Source of the DNA: Naegleria gruberi
Taxonomy: Eukaryota
Length of the DNA: 64,000 nucleotides
Assembly: GCA_000004985.1 (NCBI GenBank)
Contig: GG738855.1
Strand: one strand, 5' to 3'
Within the stretch, counting starts at the first letter, position 1. Each line of letters opens with the position of its first letter. This document shows positions 10,065-21,026 of the stretch, piece by piece. The notes under the pieces are model-generated. The model had not been told where the DNA came from. It made no database searches and saw only the letters and a list, made by a program, of their open reading frames with translations. The translations under genes and the position numbers were made by a program.

Positions 10065-11021
10065 TTATTTCTTTTCCTTTGCTTGATGTTTCATTATTTC
10101 ACTGTATTGGTGATTAAATATTTTTGTTAATTGACTGAGTCTTGAATTGGTTTGATCGTCAGTGGTTGTTCGTTTGGCTTTTGCAATTAATGTTAATGAA
10201 TGATACTTTTTGAGGAGAGTAAGAATGTCTTTCCTATCAGCAAATTCCTTACAAACAATCTCAAATTCAATGCTCGAAAAATCTACGGAAACGGACAAAG
10301 GATTTGATTCCATGTTTCCCGTTAATGAATCATATAAATATCCAATTAATTGAATATCCTTCTTCTCGAATAATATGTAGTACGAAAGAGTCAGATAGAA
10401 TAATCTGGCTTTCTGTGAATTATTACTCATTAATTTTCCAGCTAATTCCAATCCCTGTTTGAATCGACTTTTGTTCTCCTCCTTTAACGCCCACTCCTTT
10501 TTCAGTTCATTAAATACTTCCTCAAATAAATTATTACAAGAAATTCTATGACTCTCAGTTATTTGTTTCCATTCATCATTCCACTTTTCAATTTTAATAT
10601 TGATCGGATCTATTTTAGAGGGAGATGGTGTGATAACTTCAACATTTAAATTCACAGGTTTATCAGGGGTTTTCTCTACCTTGTTTTCTGTGATTTTCTC
10701 TTTGGGTTTTTCAGGTGTTATTGTTACTGGTATTATTTCTTCTTCATCAGGTATCGATTGTATTTCCGACATCATACTAGAAATTACTATTGGCTCCATT
10801 GTTTCAGAAGGCTTATTTGGTTTTTTCTTTTTTGAAATGGGCACTTCTGTTGAAATAGGTGCCTCTTCCTCACTATCATCATCATCGCTAAGTGATGTCC
10901 TATTATTAAAGAGGCTAACCATAGATCTTTTTCCATTTCTATTTGTACTACTATTACTGACAACTACAGATGAAGAAGCTATTGGTATCTTTTCCTCTGG
11001 TAATGCACTATCTATTTTCAA
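10065..11021 (-). CDS. Hypothetical S/E/K-rich protein with an unresolved 5' end
   Basis: 318-aa ORF. The track start at 11021 is TTG, not ATG, and the first ATG is codon 33. The upstream region runs into the N gap at 11218, so the true 5' exon or start is uncertain. Confidence 0.35.
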   Translation of the reverse strand: MKIDSALPEEKIPIASSSVVVSNSSTNRNGKRSMVSLFNNRTSLSDDDDSEEEAPISTEVPISKKKKPNKPSETMEPIVISSMMSEIQSIPDEEEIIPVTITPEKPKEKITENKVEKTPDKPVNLNVEVITPSPSKIDPINIKIEKWNDEWKQITESHRISCNNLFEEVFNELKKEWALKEENKSRFKQGLELAGKLMSNNSQKARLFYLTLSYYILFEKKDIQLIGYLYDSLTGNMESNPLSVSVDFSSIEFEIVCKEFADRKDILTLLKKYHSLTLIAKAKRTTTDDQTNSRLSQLTKIFNHQYSEIMKHQAKEKK

Positions 11022-11217
11022 CTCATCGGGAATGTCATATCTTTCATTATGCTCATCAGAGATTAATGATTTTAAAGTCGATGGTGGAGTTGTTATTGTT
11101 GTTTGAAAATATTTACTCTTAAGAGTGGGATTTCGATTGAATGATGTAGATGATGAGGATGTTTGTTGTTTATCGGATTTAAGTGTTTGATCTTGTTGTT
11201 TCTTATTCTCTGGTGGT

Positions 11218-11267
11218 NNNNNNNNNNNNNNNNNNNNNNNNNNNNNNNNNNNNNNNNNNNNNNNNNN
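11218..11267. other. Assembly gap (50 N), plus a single ambiguous base at 11303
   Basis: Run of n in the sequence. Confidence 0.99.
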
Positions 11268-11407
11268 CTAATCGTAGGCAACAAGTAATACAATTTTTTT
11301 GANTTGGGAGACACTATGAAATTTTGTAAGGCATGTTGTTGTGTCAGTGTTGAATTGAAAAACAATCATTCTTGTTTATCATTAGAATATTGATTCAATT
11401 AAAAAAA

Positions 11408-11638
11408 ATGACAGAAAAGAACATTGAAGCACTCAAATTGTTTGTCAAAGTTTTGAGAACGGTAAGAAAATTACCACCAGAAACTAGATCATACTATCGG
11501 AATTATGCCTATCAACATTTTGTTAATCACAAATCGGAAAATGATGAACGTGCTCACCAAATCATTGAACGTGCTAAACAGGATATTGAATGGATTGAAA
11601 GAAAATATGGAGTTTATGAATCACCATCTAATCAATAA
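11408..11638 (+). CDS. LYR-motif (Complex1_LYR) family protein, probably a small mitochondrial protein
   Basis: ALKLFVKVLRTVRKLPPETRSYYRNYAYQHFVNH has the L-x-x-L/F-K-x-x-L-R ... R-x-x-F pattern of LYRM/ISD11-type proteins. About 76 aa from the ATG at 11408 (aaaaaaaATG). The track ORF starts 36 nt earlier. Confidence 0.5.
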   Translation: MTEKNIEALKLFVKVLRTVRKLPPETRSYYRNYAYQHFVNHKSENDERAHQIIERAKQDIEWIERKYGVYESPSNQ

Positions 11639-11691
11639 TTTGTAAATTATTATTTTGTAAATATTTTGTCACAAGAACTTGAAATAAAAGC

Positions 11692-12855
11692 TTAATCATA
11701 ATAATAAGTACTCAAACGATAACGAATGAAAAATCCAATAGCACAACATGTTACTTGGAAGATAACCATAATAATGGTGAGTGTGCTCTCTTTCATTGGT
11801 CCAGTAATTTCCAAAATCAAGTTCAAAAGTGTCCAATTCTTACTACTTTCCAATTTTCCTGTAGCTTGATTGAATTTAGGAATACGATGTCTAGGACAAG
11901 GTATTATTCCGAACAGTTGTGGAGTGGATATTAAAAAGTTCAATATTTGTGGAATGAGGAAAAGCATCAAAGTCTTACTAAAGTGACCCATGATACCAGT
12001 AACAGCAAGAATCATGCCAGCAAAATAAGTATAGGTATCACCAACAAAGACTTCACTTGGATACCAATTATAGTACAATAATCCAAAGCTTACAGCAATG
12101 AATGGAATGATACAAACAATGGAGAATAAGTGTTGTTCATTTCCAGCTTCAAATTCAACAAAGTTATGTAATAAAATTGAGAGACCAATGACAATAGATT
12201 GACTAACTTCCAATCCATTAATACCAGCCAAAATATTGATAGTATTTGTACAAAAGACTGAAACTAAACACATATAAACCTTATAAAGGATACCAAGTTC
12301 CAACATCCAATAATTGTCTCCAACAGTTGTGGCAATACTTTCAAAGAATTGGAATGCTCTCAAAGGCTTTGGAATGACTACTGAAGTCAATCCAGAATAA
12401 GTTGTGAGGAGAGGAAGAGCAGCGAGAGTTGGGAGAATCAATTTGTAACGCCATTTTAACTCCAATACATCATCAGCAAATCCAAGGAAAAGCATAAAAC
12501 AAGTACAGAATAATCCAGCAATATAAAGATCATGTTGGGCCTTGTCTTGGAACATTTCTTGGATGAAACAAACACAAACAATATAAACAACTCCCGGAAC
12601 AATACCCAGTGATTCTGGTACTTTAGTTTTAGCTCCTTCTTCGCCCTTATTCAAATCCTTTCCAGCCAAGCCAGCTTTTTCATTCAAACCCTTGATAGAA
12701 GGTATCATAAATAAAGTTACAGCATATCCGATCAAACTAATAATAATAGATATTTGTATCATGTAATTACTTCTCAACACTTCGTGTGTCAAGAACATGT
12801 AAAGAAGCGGAGCAATCAATAACAAGCCTCCAATGTAATTGATCTTTGATTGCAT
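11692..12855 (-). CDS. ALG7: UDP-GlcNAc:dolichyl-phosphate GlcNAc-1-phosphotransferase (ALG7/DPAGT1/GPT)
   Basis: Multi-pass membrane protein with GFADDVLELKWRYK, TNTINILAGINGLEVSQS, and VFVGDTYTYFAGMILAVTGIMGHFSKTLMLFLIPQILNFLISTPQLFGIIPCPRHRIPKF, all MraY/GPT-family signature blocks. Confidence 0.85.
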   Translation of the reverse strand: MQSKINYIGGLLLIAPLLYMFLTHEVLRSNYMIQISIIISLIGYAVTLFMIPSIKGLNEKAGLAGKDLNKGEEGAKTKVPESLGIVPGVVYIVCVCFIQEMFQDKAQHDLYIAGLFCTCFMLFLGFADDVLELKWRYKLILPTLAALPLLTTYSGLTSVVIPKPLRAFQFFESIATTVGDNYWMLELGILYKVYMCLVSVFCTNTINILAGINGLEVSQSIVIGLSILLHNFVEFEAGNEQHLFSIVCIIPFIAVSFGLLYYNWYPSEVFVGDTYTYFAGMILAVTGIMGHFSKTLMLFLIPQILNFLISTPQLFGIIPCPRHRIPKFNQATGKLESSKNWTLLNLILEITGPMKESTLTIIMVIFQVTCCAIGFFIRYRLSTYYYD

Positions 12856-13054
12856 TTTTTCTTGTTATTTTCGTGTTTTGACAACCAGATAAAAAGGTAA
12901 ATAACAAAACGTGTCCGTACAGATTTTCATTGTTTTACAGAATAGTTCTCTATTCCATTTGTTAGTTTTAATGGATCTAATAAATTTATTAATTATGAAA
13001 CTTTGATCATAATAAATTTCTTTTTTATTTCTTTTATTTTTTTTTAATAATAAA

Positions 13055-13817
13055 ATGCCAGCATTGAAGAAGCCAACAAATACGTTGCTGAAAAACACTC
13101 AAGTATCAGCTTCCTCCTCGGGAGTTAATAATAATACATCATCACTGCCAACAACACATGTTGGTGCCTCCTCTTCTTCTACCGTACCAAGAAGTGGCAC
13201 GATTTTGATGAATAATGTGCCTCAAAGTAATACTCTGGAGAATACACCAAAAAGGACTGTACAAATGTTGTCGGCTCCCCCTCAACAACAGGCTCAAACA
13301 GCTTCTCCTTCTACAACAACTACACAAGCCAAGAGAGGAAGAAAAAAGAAATCGGATACAGTCAAGAAGGAATTATTTGTCGATACAGCAACTAAACCCG
13401 AAGCACCTACAACAGAACCTGTAACATCATCAATCATTCAAAATAATAATACTACACCAACAAAATTAGTGTGCCCATCAACACCTACAAGAAAAAAGAA
13501 GAATAGACCAACATTTGCTGTAGCAAAAATCAAAAGAATAATTCAATCAGATGAGGAAATTGGTAAAATATCTGCTGTTGTTCCTATTTTAATATCTAGG
13601 GCTTTGGAACTTTTTATTCAGGATTTAGTTGTCACATCATCAAAAATTACTAAAAAGAAGAATGCTGGTACTGTGACAACAGCTCACTTGAAAGAGACAA
13701 TAGAGGCAGAGGATAGATTTGATTTTTTGAGAAACAAGGTCAAAAATATTCAATTATTATCTACATCTAACGATGCTGTAATGAGTGACGATGATGAAAG
13801 TACAGGAAAGAAAGTAA
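13055..13817 (+). CDS. DRAP1: NC2-alpha / DRAP1-like histone-fold protein (3' end lost in the assembly gap)
   Basis: FAVAKIKRIIQSDEEIGKISAVVPILISRALELFIQDLVVTSSKITKKKNAGTVTTAHLKETIEAEDRFDFLRNKV aligns nearly residue-for-residue with the DRAP1 histone fold. The S/T/Q-rich N-terminus is followed by the fold, then the ORF runs into N. Confidence 0.7.
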
Positions 13818-14294
13818 NNNNNNNNNNNNNNNNNNNNNNNNNNNNNNNNNNNNNNNNNNNNNNNNNNNNNNNNNNNNNNNNNNNNNNNNNNNNNNNNNNN
13901 NNNNNNNNNNNNNNNNNNNNNNNNNNNNNNNNNNNNNNNNNNNNNNNNNNNNNNNNNNNNNNNNNNNNNNNNNNNNNNNNNNNNNNNNNNNNNNNNNNNN
14001 NNNNNNNNNNNNNNNNNNNNNNNNNNNNNNNNNNNNNNNNNNNNNNNNNNNNNNNNNNNNNNNNNNNNNNNNNNNNNNNNNNNNNNNNNNNNNNNNNNNN
14101 NNNNNNNNNNNNNNNNNNNNNNNNNNNNNNNNNNNNNNNNNNNNNNNNNNNNNNNNNNNNNNNNNNNNNNNNNNNNNNNNNNNNNNNNNNNNNNNNNNNN
14201 NNNNNNNNNNNNNNNNNNNNNNNNNNNNNNNNNNNNNNNNNNNNNNNNNNNNNNNNNNNNNNNNNNNNNNNNNNNNNNNNNNNNNNNNNNNNNN
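13818..14294. other. Assembly gap (477 N). It removes the 3' ends of two convergent genes, DRAP1-like and S1P-like.
   Basis: Run of n. Confidence 0.99.
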
Positions 14295-17200
14295 ACTTTA
14301 GAGTGAAGATGCATATCAGAGCCTGGCCCTCTCTCTGGAAGAGCACTGCTTTGTGAAATGAATAAGTGAGAAAGAGTTTTGATGTTTGCATCCTTAATAA
14401 ATTCCTCACTCATTTTGTGTTGGCTTGTGTATTGGAGAATTTGATCCAACAACCAGAAACAATTATGTGTTGGATTTCCAACAGCATCTAAACAATTAGA
14501 GTCACCAAATACTGCTATTCTACCTTTTCCAGATTTTGAAAATCCTAGTACTGGTACTTTGTGGATTGTACTGGAGGAGTCTGTTCCAAGAATTGGTTTT
14601 GAATTTTGTTTTCCACTCAAAATTTCAATACCTTGATCTTTAAGATGGAAAGAAGCAAGCATACCTTCTTCAGGGAATTTAATAATACTAGTTCCTGAGA
14701 GGAAAGAAGCCTTCTCTTTTCCAATTGTTATCTCACCTGTATAGACTCTTGTACCAAAAACAATGTTGAAAGGATCCAACAATGCATTCAGTGCTGGTAA
14801 ATTACAACCTCCAGTAATTGGAGTCCAAACAGTATAGGTATTATCATCGAAAAATTTGATATGTTTCATGATTGGAACGCTGTACCAGTCAGCAAAGACA
14901 GCAACAGAAAGACCATAAACTTGAACATCTTCTTTCAGTTTTTCTCTCTCTTTTTCTGTAAATTCTTCTTCAGAGTCTACAATCATGAGAGTAGAATATT
15001 TGGATGCATCAAAGGTTGTGAGATCTCCGGTTAGGATTTCAACATAATAACCCTTGTTTCTCAAGAAAATATACAAATCTCTAAAGTTGGTATGGATATG
15101 ATCACCATTCCAGTCCAAAATTTCATCCTTATTACCTAAATTATCTCTTGGAATGTAACCTGGTGGATATTGAATGTTATGATATTGATCCCACAATATT
15201 CTTTGCTGTCTCAAGGGTGGTTGAATTACCTTGACTTTTAATTTAAGTTCCATCTCACTAACTTGCATCTCGTTGCCATCTTTTCCAACTCCCAAAGGAG
15301 GTGACATGATTTTCATCTTGATTGTTCCTTCACAATAGCCATTGAAAAATCTTCCTCCACTATTAACAGAGATTTGTACACCCAACCATCCAGAATATGG
15401 CCACATTACCCTTGGATGAGTAAAGGTAACATCTAAAAAGTCACCATACTTTCCAGGTACAAAAACTGGTTCTCCAACAACTCTTCCAGAGGCGCTCATA
15501 GCATTAAGGACAGTAACATTGAATACAATAGGCATTGCAGTATGATAAATAGGTTGTGAACAGTATGGCCACATGTATGGGCAAGATGTAAGATCCAATT
15601 CACTAGGATAAAAAGTAGCTCTAGGTTTGGCTTTTTCCATGTAATCTTGGAGTAATTCGTAGGCCTTCTCTAGGTTTAGTTTACCTGCTCCTTGTTCGAA
15701 AATATTGGCATGATGAACTCTTTGAGCTGATTCTAAAAGTATTTGCTTGATACTGGCTGGATTAATGAGTGGCAATAAAGAATTATGAGTATTTGGATAG
15801 TCATCCATTTTAGCTCTTATTGAAATATCGTCAGAGTTTTGAGTAGAGGTATCCTTATTCTTCAGAGTACTACTGGCAAGGAGAGTAATAGCACCAGCAA
15901 TAACTGGACTTGCTACACTTGTTCCAGATAAAATAGAATGACAATATCCAACATTGTCACCAGCCTTATTCAACCCAAGTCCTCTAAGTTTGACTGACAT
16001 GGTTACAATGTCTGGTTTAACTCTTCCATATCCATTATTAAAACGTAACTCGTAAGTGGTAACACCTCTACTGCTAAACTTTGCAATATTATCATTATCG
16101 TCAATACCTCCAACACCAATCACATTTACAAGATCTGCAGGATTGTTAAGTGTTCCATAAAGAGGGCCATCATTACCAATGGCAGAAATAATAATAATAC
16201 CGTTGGCTGTGAGTTCCTTTACCTTATCTATGAATGGGATATCGAGGTAATCAGGTCCACCAATGCTCAAATTCAAGATTTGAATACCAGATTTCATAGC
16301 ATAATTGAATGCATCCAAAAACCAGGATGTATACGAAACTTGTTTGCTTGTAAATACTTTAAAGATGAAAACAGAGGCTTCAGGAGCAAGACCTCTACAT
16401 CCAGATCCCCTTTCCTTCTTCTCATTAAAAGGTTGTGTAGTGTTGGACTTTGGTGTGTAGGGTGTCAAATGCTTAGAGCCAATAACTCCAGAGATGAAAG
16501 TACCATGACCTAACTCATCATTTACAGAGTCTTCTGTTGTATAATTTATCATATCTTCAATATGAGAGAAGGATTCTTCATGTTTAGTACTGGAAAGTCC
16601 AGTATCAAAAACAGCAACTCTAATATTTTGTCCATAAATACCCTGTTCCCAAAGTTTGTGGGCATTCAATTTTTCTGAAACATCAACATAGGAATGACTT
16701 GGATGATTACATAATTTTCTCCTGTGATGGTGGTGGTCTGAATATTTATCCTCGGTTGACCATTGAGTAAATAATTTTCCAATACTATTAAGAATTGAGT
16801 GATCTTGTTCATCATCTGGAAGTGTTTCAATATCGTGATTGAGTAATTTTCTTTCATTGTTCATCATGTTGTGATATTCATGTTGACGAACAACATATCG
16901 TACAAATTGAGTCCTTGACTCTAATTCTGACTTTAAAGTAATATTTTCAAATTCAACAAGTGCAAAGTCAGTGTCAAACATTCTAGTAGCTGCATTATCC
17001 CTTTCAATTATTTTATATCCTCTATGAGTTCCTCCTAAAAGTGTGCTAATGTATTCATCATGTTTAAATGCTTTCATATATTCTTTAAACATGACAATGT
17101 ACCTCTCTCGTGATGTAGGAGTTGTATTGTTATTGTTGTTATTTGATGCAGTTGCTCCTTCCATATTTTGACCACTACTATTACTACCAATACTACTGGT

Positions 17201-17596
17201 ATTAAACTTCTTACACATCCTGTGTAAATTCTTCGATTTTACGAAAGGAATGGGTTGGAAAAATCTTTCATACATTTTCCTAACAGAGCATTGATTTGAC
17301 GTGCTACTATGAGCAGCCATTACATAAAATCCACCACTTTCAATATTGGTGTCAAACTCGTAACCTTTCAATAATTTAGAGAGGTCTGATATTATAATAT
17401 AAAGAGTTAGTATTATTATTAGTGATAACAAAATTGTTTTGAATAGTTTAGATGATTCTCGCTTCTCGTATCTATGTACATTTCCTATTATTTTCTTATT
17501 GTTTATATTAAAAATATTATTGTTATTGTTGATATTAAATTGCCTCAATCCGGAATTCCGTGATGAATGTATTTTAAAATATAAATTGTTCATCAT
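14295..17596 (-). CDS. MBTPS1: Site-1 protease-like subtilisin/kexin-family serine protease (MBTPS1/SKI-1 homologue). C-terminus truncated by the gap.
   Basis: Catalytic triad VAVFDTGL, HGTFISGVIG and GTSVASPVIAGAITLL. The S1P-specific downstream region YHNIQYPPGYIPRDNL..LDWNGDHIHTNFRDLYIFLRNKGYYVEILTGDLTTFDASKYSTLMIVDSEEEFTEKE is also present. There is an N-terminal signal anchor. Confidence 0.85.
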
Positions 17597-17845
17597 TGAT
17601 ATTAGTATATTTACTAGTGTGTTTTGGTTTATTGAATGATGATCAGCACCTTCCTCTCTCTTCTATCTCTATGATGGTGGAGGTTGTAGTGTGCAATAAA
17701 CCGACTTGAATTTTTTTGAAATGATAAATATTCCTTTTCAAAAGTGATGTTCTTGAAAGACACAAGAAAATCCTCTCATGTTCAAGCTTTGAAAAACTCA
17801 ATACTACTGCGCCTTTGACTACAGTTATTGTAAAAAAGAGAATAA

Positions 17846-19505
17846 TCACACAATTTTTGGCAAATGTTCTCTTCCAACACCAATGCTTAACATGTTGCCA
17901 ATGTCTCGATTACTGGTAAGAGTTGTAATTTCTCTTACAGCTGGCCTCTTTGGAACACTGCTCTTATTCCAGAAAGTCAAAAATCCCACAGATTTGTTAC
18001 TCCCTCTGCTAATACTTGGCATTCTTGAAGAGGTGCTTCCATCCTTATTGTTGGAACCATATTTATGATCTAAAACACTTCCAAGATCTGATAGTTTGCT
18101 CTTTCTATCGTAATTACTTGTATCAAATGTTTGGGGCATTGATAATAATGATTTCTGCTTCTCCTTTTGTTTTCTTTTTTCAATGTAATTCTGTGAGTCA
18201 TTCATGTCAGTGATAAAAAAGCTCTTTGTTGAGCTAGCTTCTTCCTCTTCGTAGAAATCTTTCTCTGACAGTCTTGGAATAAGGTTTGCCACATCTTCTG
18301 TAATGATTCCTTGTTGATCCATCCATTCTGAGAATATTTTGGATCTTCTCTCTGCCTTCTCGTACATTTCTTGTGATTTTTTGGATTGCTTTTCAAGGTT
18401 AGAGACCTTCTTTTCTCTATTGGATTGCCGTTTCTTTCGTTCTTCTCTTAATTGCTTATTGACTTTCCTCTGCTCAGCAATTTGTTCTTGAGATAAGGTC
18501 TTGTTGGCATGATCCATATCTACAACCTCCTCAGTCTGTTTCTTTCTTCTCTTCTTATTTTTCTTTACATTGGATGACTTTTCCATGTCATTCTTTGAGG
18601 GGATACTTGCTTTTTCCTCTGAGCTTCCACTATACTTTTCATAGTGGTAGGAAAAATGCTGGCTGTCAATATAGGCTATCGAATCGGAAATATGGTCATT
18701 TCTTTTATCATTCTTCACCTTTTGATTTTCTGCACTGAATCCGTGGATGGCTATGAAATCATCAAATTTGATAGGGAGCTCTGCTTCTCTATTTTTCAAT
18801 CTTTCTCTTTCTTCTGGAGGAATTTTGAGATATCTTCTAAAGGTTTCATCCTCAATTGTTTTGGCTAATGCCTCTGGGTCTTGTTCCTGTAATTGGGGTG
18901 AACCATTGGAATCAGAAGACATTGAGGAAGACGCTCTCGAATCAATATCATATGTATCAGTCATCATTGGACTAAAATTATTATCAACTCTATCTAGAAC
19001 GTGTTCTTCGACAATATTTTTCAATTCAATACTGATTTGTGGATTAATTGAGGGTAGTTCAATTTTGATTCCAAGATTTGAGGCTGGAGGNNNNNNNNNN
19101 NNNNNNNNNNNNNNNNNNNNNNNNNNNNNNNNNNNNNNNNTCTTCATCCTCAATAACATCCGCTGTAATTCCATAAATTCCTCCAATAGAAGTTTCTATT
19201 CTGTTTTTAATTATATCAAAAGACTCTCGCACCTCTGGCATGAATTGTTCAGCATCCATTCCTTCTTCAATTTCATCAACCTTACTTCCAATTAGTTCCG
19301 ATGCTTGTAAATTTTCGTTAAATGTTGAACTATTCATACTAGTGGAGAAGGCCTTCTCCTCTTGAAGAATTTTCGCCTTCTCCTCCTCATCAAAATACTC
19401 ATCATCTTCATCGGCACCAACAGTGACTATGGTAGGCATCTTTGTGTTGGATTTTTTTCTATGTGGTGTAAATAATAACGTTATGGACAGTTGGTCCTTC
19501 TTCAT
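17846..19505 (-). CDS. Hypothetical K/E/S-rich charged protein (spans the 50-N gap)
   Basis: Two ORFs in consistent orientation flank the gap at 19091..19140. Lysine/arginine-rich coiled segments (KKNKKRRKKQTEE..KVNKQLREERKKRQSNREKK). No confident domain. Confidence 0.35.
19091..19140. other. Assembly gap (50 N)
   Basis: Run of n. Confidence 0.99.
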
Positions 19506-19689
19506 CTCTTTCTATATTAAGATTTATAAAGTGAATGATTAATGGAATAAAAAAAAGTGAATCATCTCAGTATTATTATTGAGTGCATTCAAATTTAAAT
19601 CACGCCAATTCATTGTGTCACATTTGTTTGATTATTGTTATTCAACTTTGATGGCTCCATTAAAATTTTGGAATTAAAAAACACAAAAA

Positions 19690-20955
19690 ATGTCTTCGAT
19701 ATGGCGTAACTCTATGGGTTCAAATTCGGGTGGAAATACATCATCAAAGAGTACTAAAAATCAATCTTCATCATCAAATAATATACAATCATCAGCAATA
19801 CCCGGATCATCAACAGTTTCGAATGCCAATCCTTCTCAACAAGCTTCAACAAAGAAGACAACAGGAAACACTACAACTAAAAAGAAGAAAACTAAAAAGA
19901 ATGATGATAATACATCGGTAAATACAGGTTCTACATTCTTTGCCACATCATTCATTCCAATGCATTCAGCCTCTCTTCTGAAAGGAATCACACCAATTAT
20001 GCCCGGGCCAAAAACTGTGAATCAAGGATTTTTAACCATGTCCTCTGCTCCTTCTCTTCCTCCATTTCCTACCGCCAAACCTTCTCAATCTCCATCCACG
20101 ACAGCAACAACACCAGTCACACCACCTACAACCACTACAATTCCAAAAGCAGCAACTGCATATGATTCCGAAGAGGATTTGCCAAGTTATAGTAGTAATT
20201 CAAGTGATCAATCAGATTCGAGTAGTGATGATAGTAGTAACTCTGAATCATCAGACTCCTATAGTTCTGCTTCTGATTCTGAACTAAAAAAGAAAAAGAA
20301 GAGTAAAACTAAAAAATCAACATCAGCAAAAAAGAAGGATGACAAGAAGGAGAAAAAGAAATCTAAAAAAAAAGAAAAAAGGGAAAATAAGGAAACAACT
20401 CAATCCAAAACTCAAACTGTTAAAACTGTGGAAGAGGAAAAAAAGGTTGTAAGTGATGCTAAAAAAGATCAAGCAATTATGCCACCACCAAAACCAGTGG
20501 TACAATCGGAACAACCAAGTATTACCACTAGCTCTTCAACCAATACAACAACGACGAGCTCAACTCCTGTTGCCACTGATAGTTCAACTAATAGTTCAGC
20601 AAACACTCCTAGTAGCACAGAGCCACCAGTAAGAACTAAAAGAAAGTACACCAGACGAAAGGATAAGGAAGCAGCAGCCTCTACTGCAGCAACTACCACA
20701 AAAGATACAGAAACTCAAGGAAAGAAGAAAAGAAAAAAGAGAGAAGTCAACACATCGGAACCAGTAGTTTCAGATATAATTTCTCCAAAAAAGAAACAAG
20801 CTAAGAGCAAGACACAAATAGTAGAGCAGCCCACAGATCAAAACTTGGATCTTACAATTTATGCAACTGAGGATGATGACAAGTTATTTTTCATGGATAG
20901 AAATGAACGATCTATTAAGAAGAAATTGGATGATAATGGTAAGTTTGACTGTTAA
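19690..20955 (+). CDS. Low-complexity S/T-rich protein with alternating acidic-serine and lysine blocks (Nopp140/SRP40-like nucleolar phosphoprotein architecture)
   Basis: SSDDSSNSESSDSYSSASDSELKKKKKSKTKKSTSAKKKDDKKEKKKSKKKEK. ATG at 19690 in an A-rich context. The ORF ends next to a GGTAAGT donor-like site at 20939. Confidence 0.4.
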   Translation: MSSIWRNSMGSNSGGNTSSKSTKNQSSSSNNIQSSAIPGSSTVSNANPSQQASTKKTTGNTTTKKKKTKKNDDNTSVNTGSTFFATSFIPMHSASLLKGITPIMPGPKTVNQGFLTMSSAPSLPPFPTAKPSQSPSTTATTPVTPPTTTTIPKAATAYDSEEDLPSYSSNSSDQSDSSSDDSSNSESSDSYSSASDSELKKKKKSKTKKSTSAKKKDDKKEKKKSKKKEKRENKETTQSKTQTVKTVEEEKKVVSDAKKDQAIMPPPKPVVQSEQPSITTSSSTNTTTTSSTPVATDSSTNSSANTPSSTEPPVRTKRKYTRRKDKEAAASTAATTTKDTETQGKKKRKKREVNTSEPVVSDIISPKKKQAKSKTQIVEQPTDQNLDLTIYATEDDDKLFFMDRNERSIKKKLDDNGKFDC

Positions 20956-21026
20956 TTTTTCAAGAAATAACTTTTGAAGATTTATTTTATGGAAAGAATT
21001 ACAATCATGAAATTTTAAGGGATGAA

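Noticed and set aside
13750-14409. ORFs translated through runs of N (13750..14409, 11093..11365, 61101..61620, 61261..61560)
   Set aside because: These are artefacts of treating assembly gaps as open frame.
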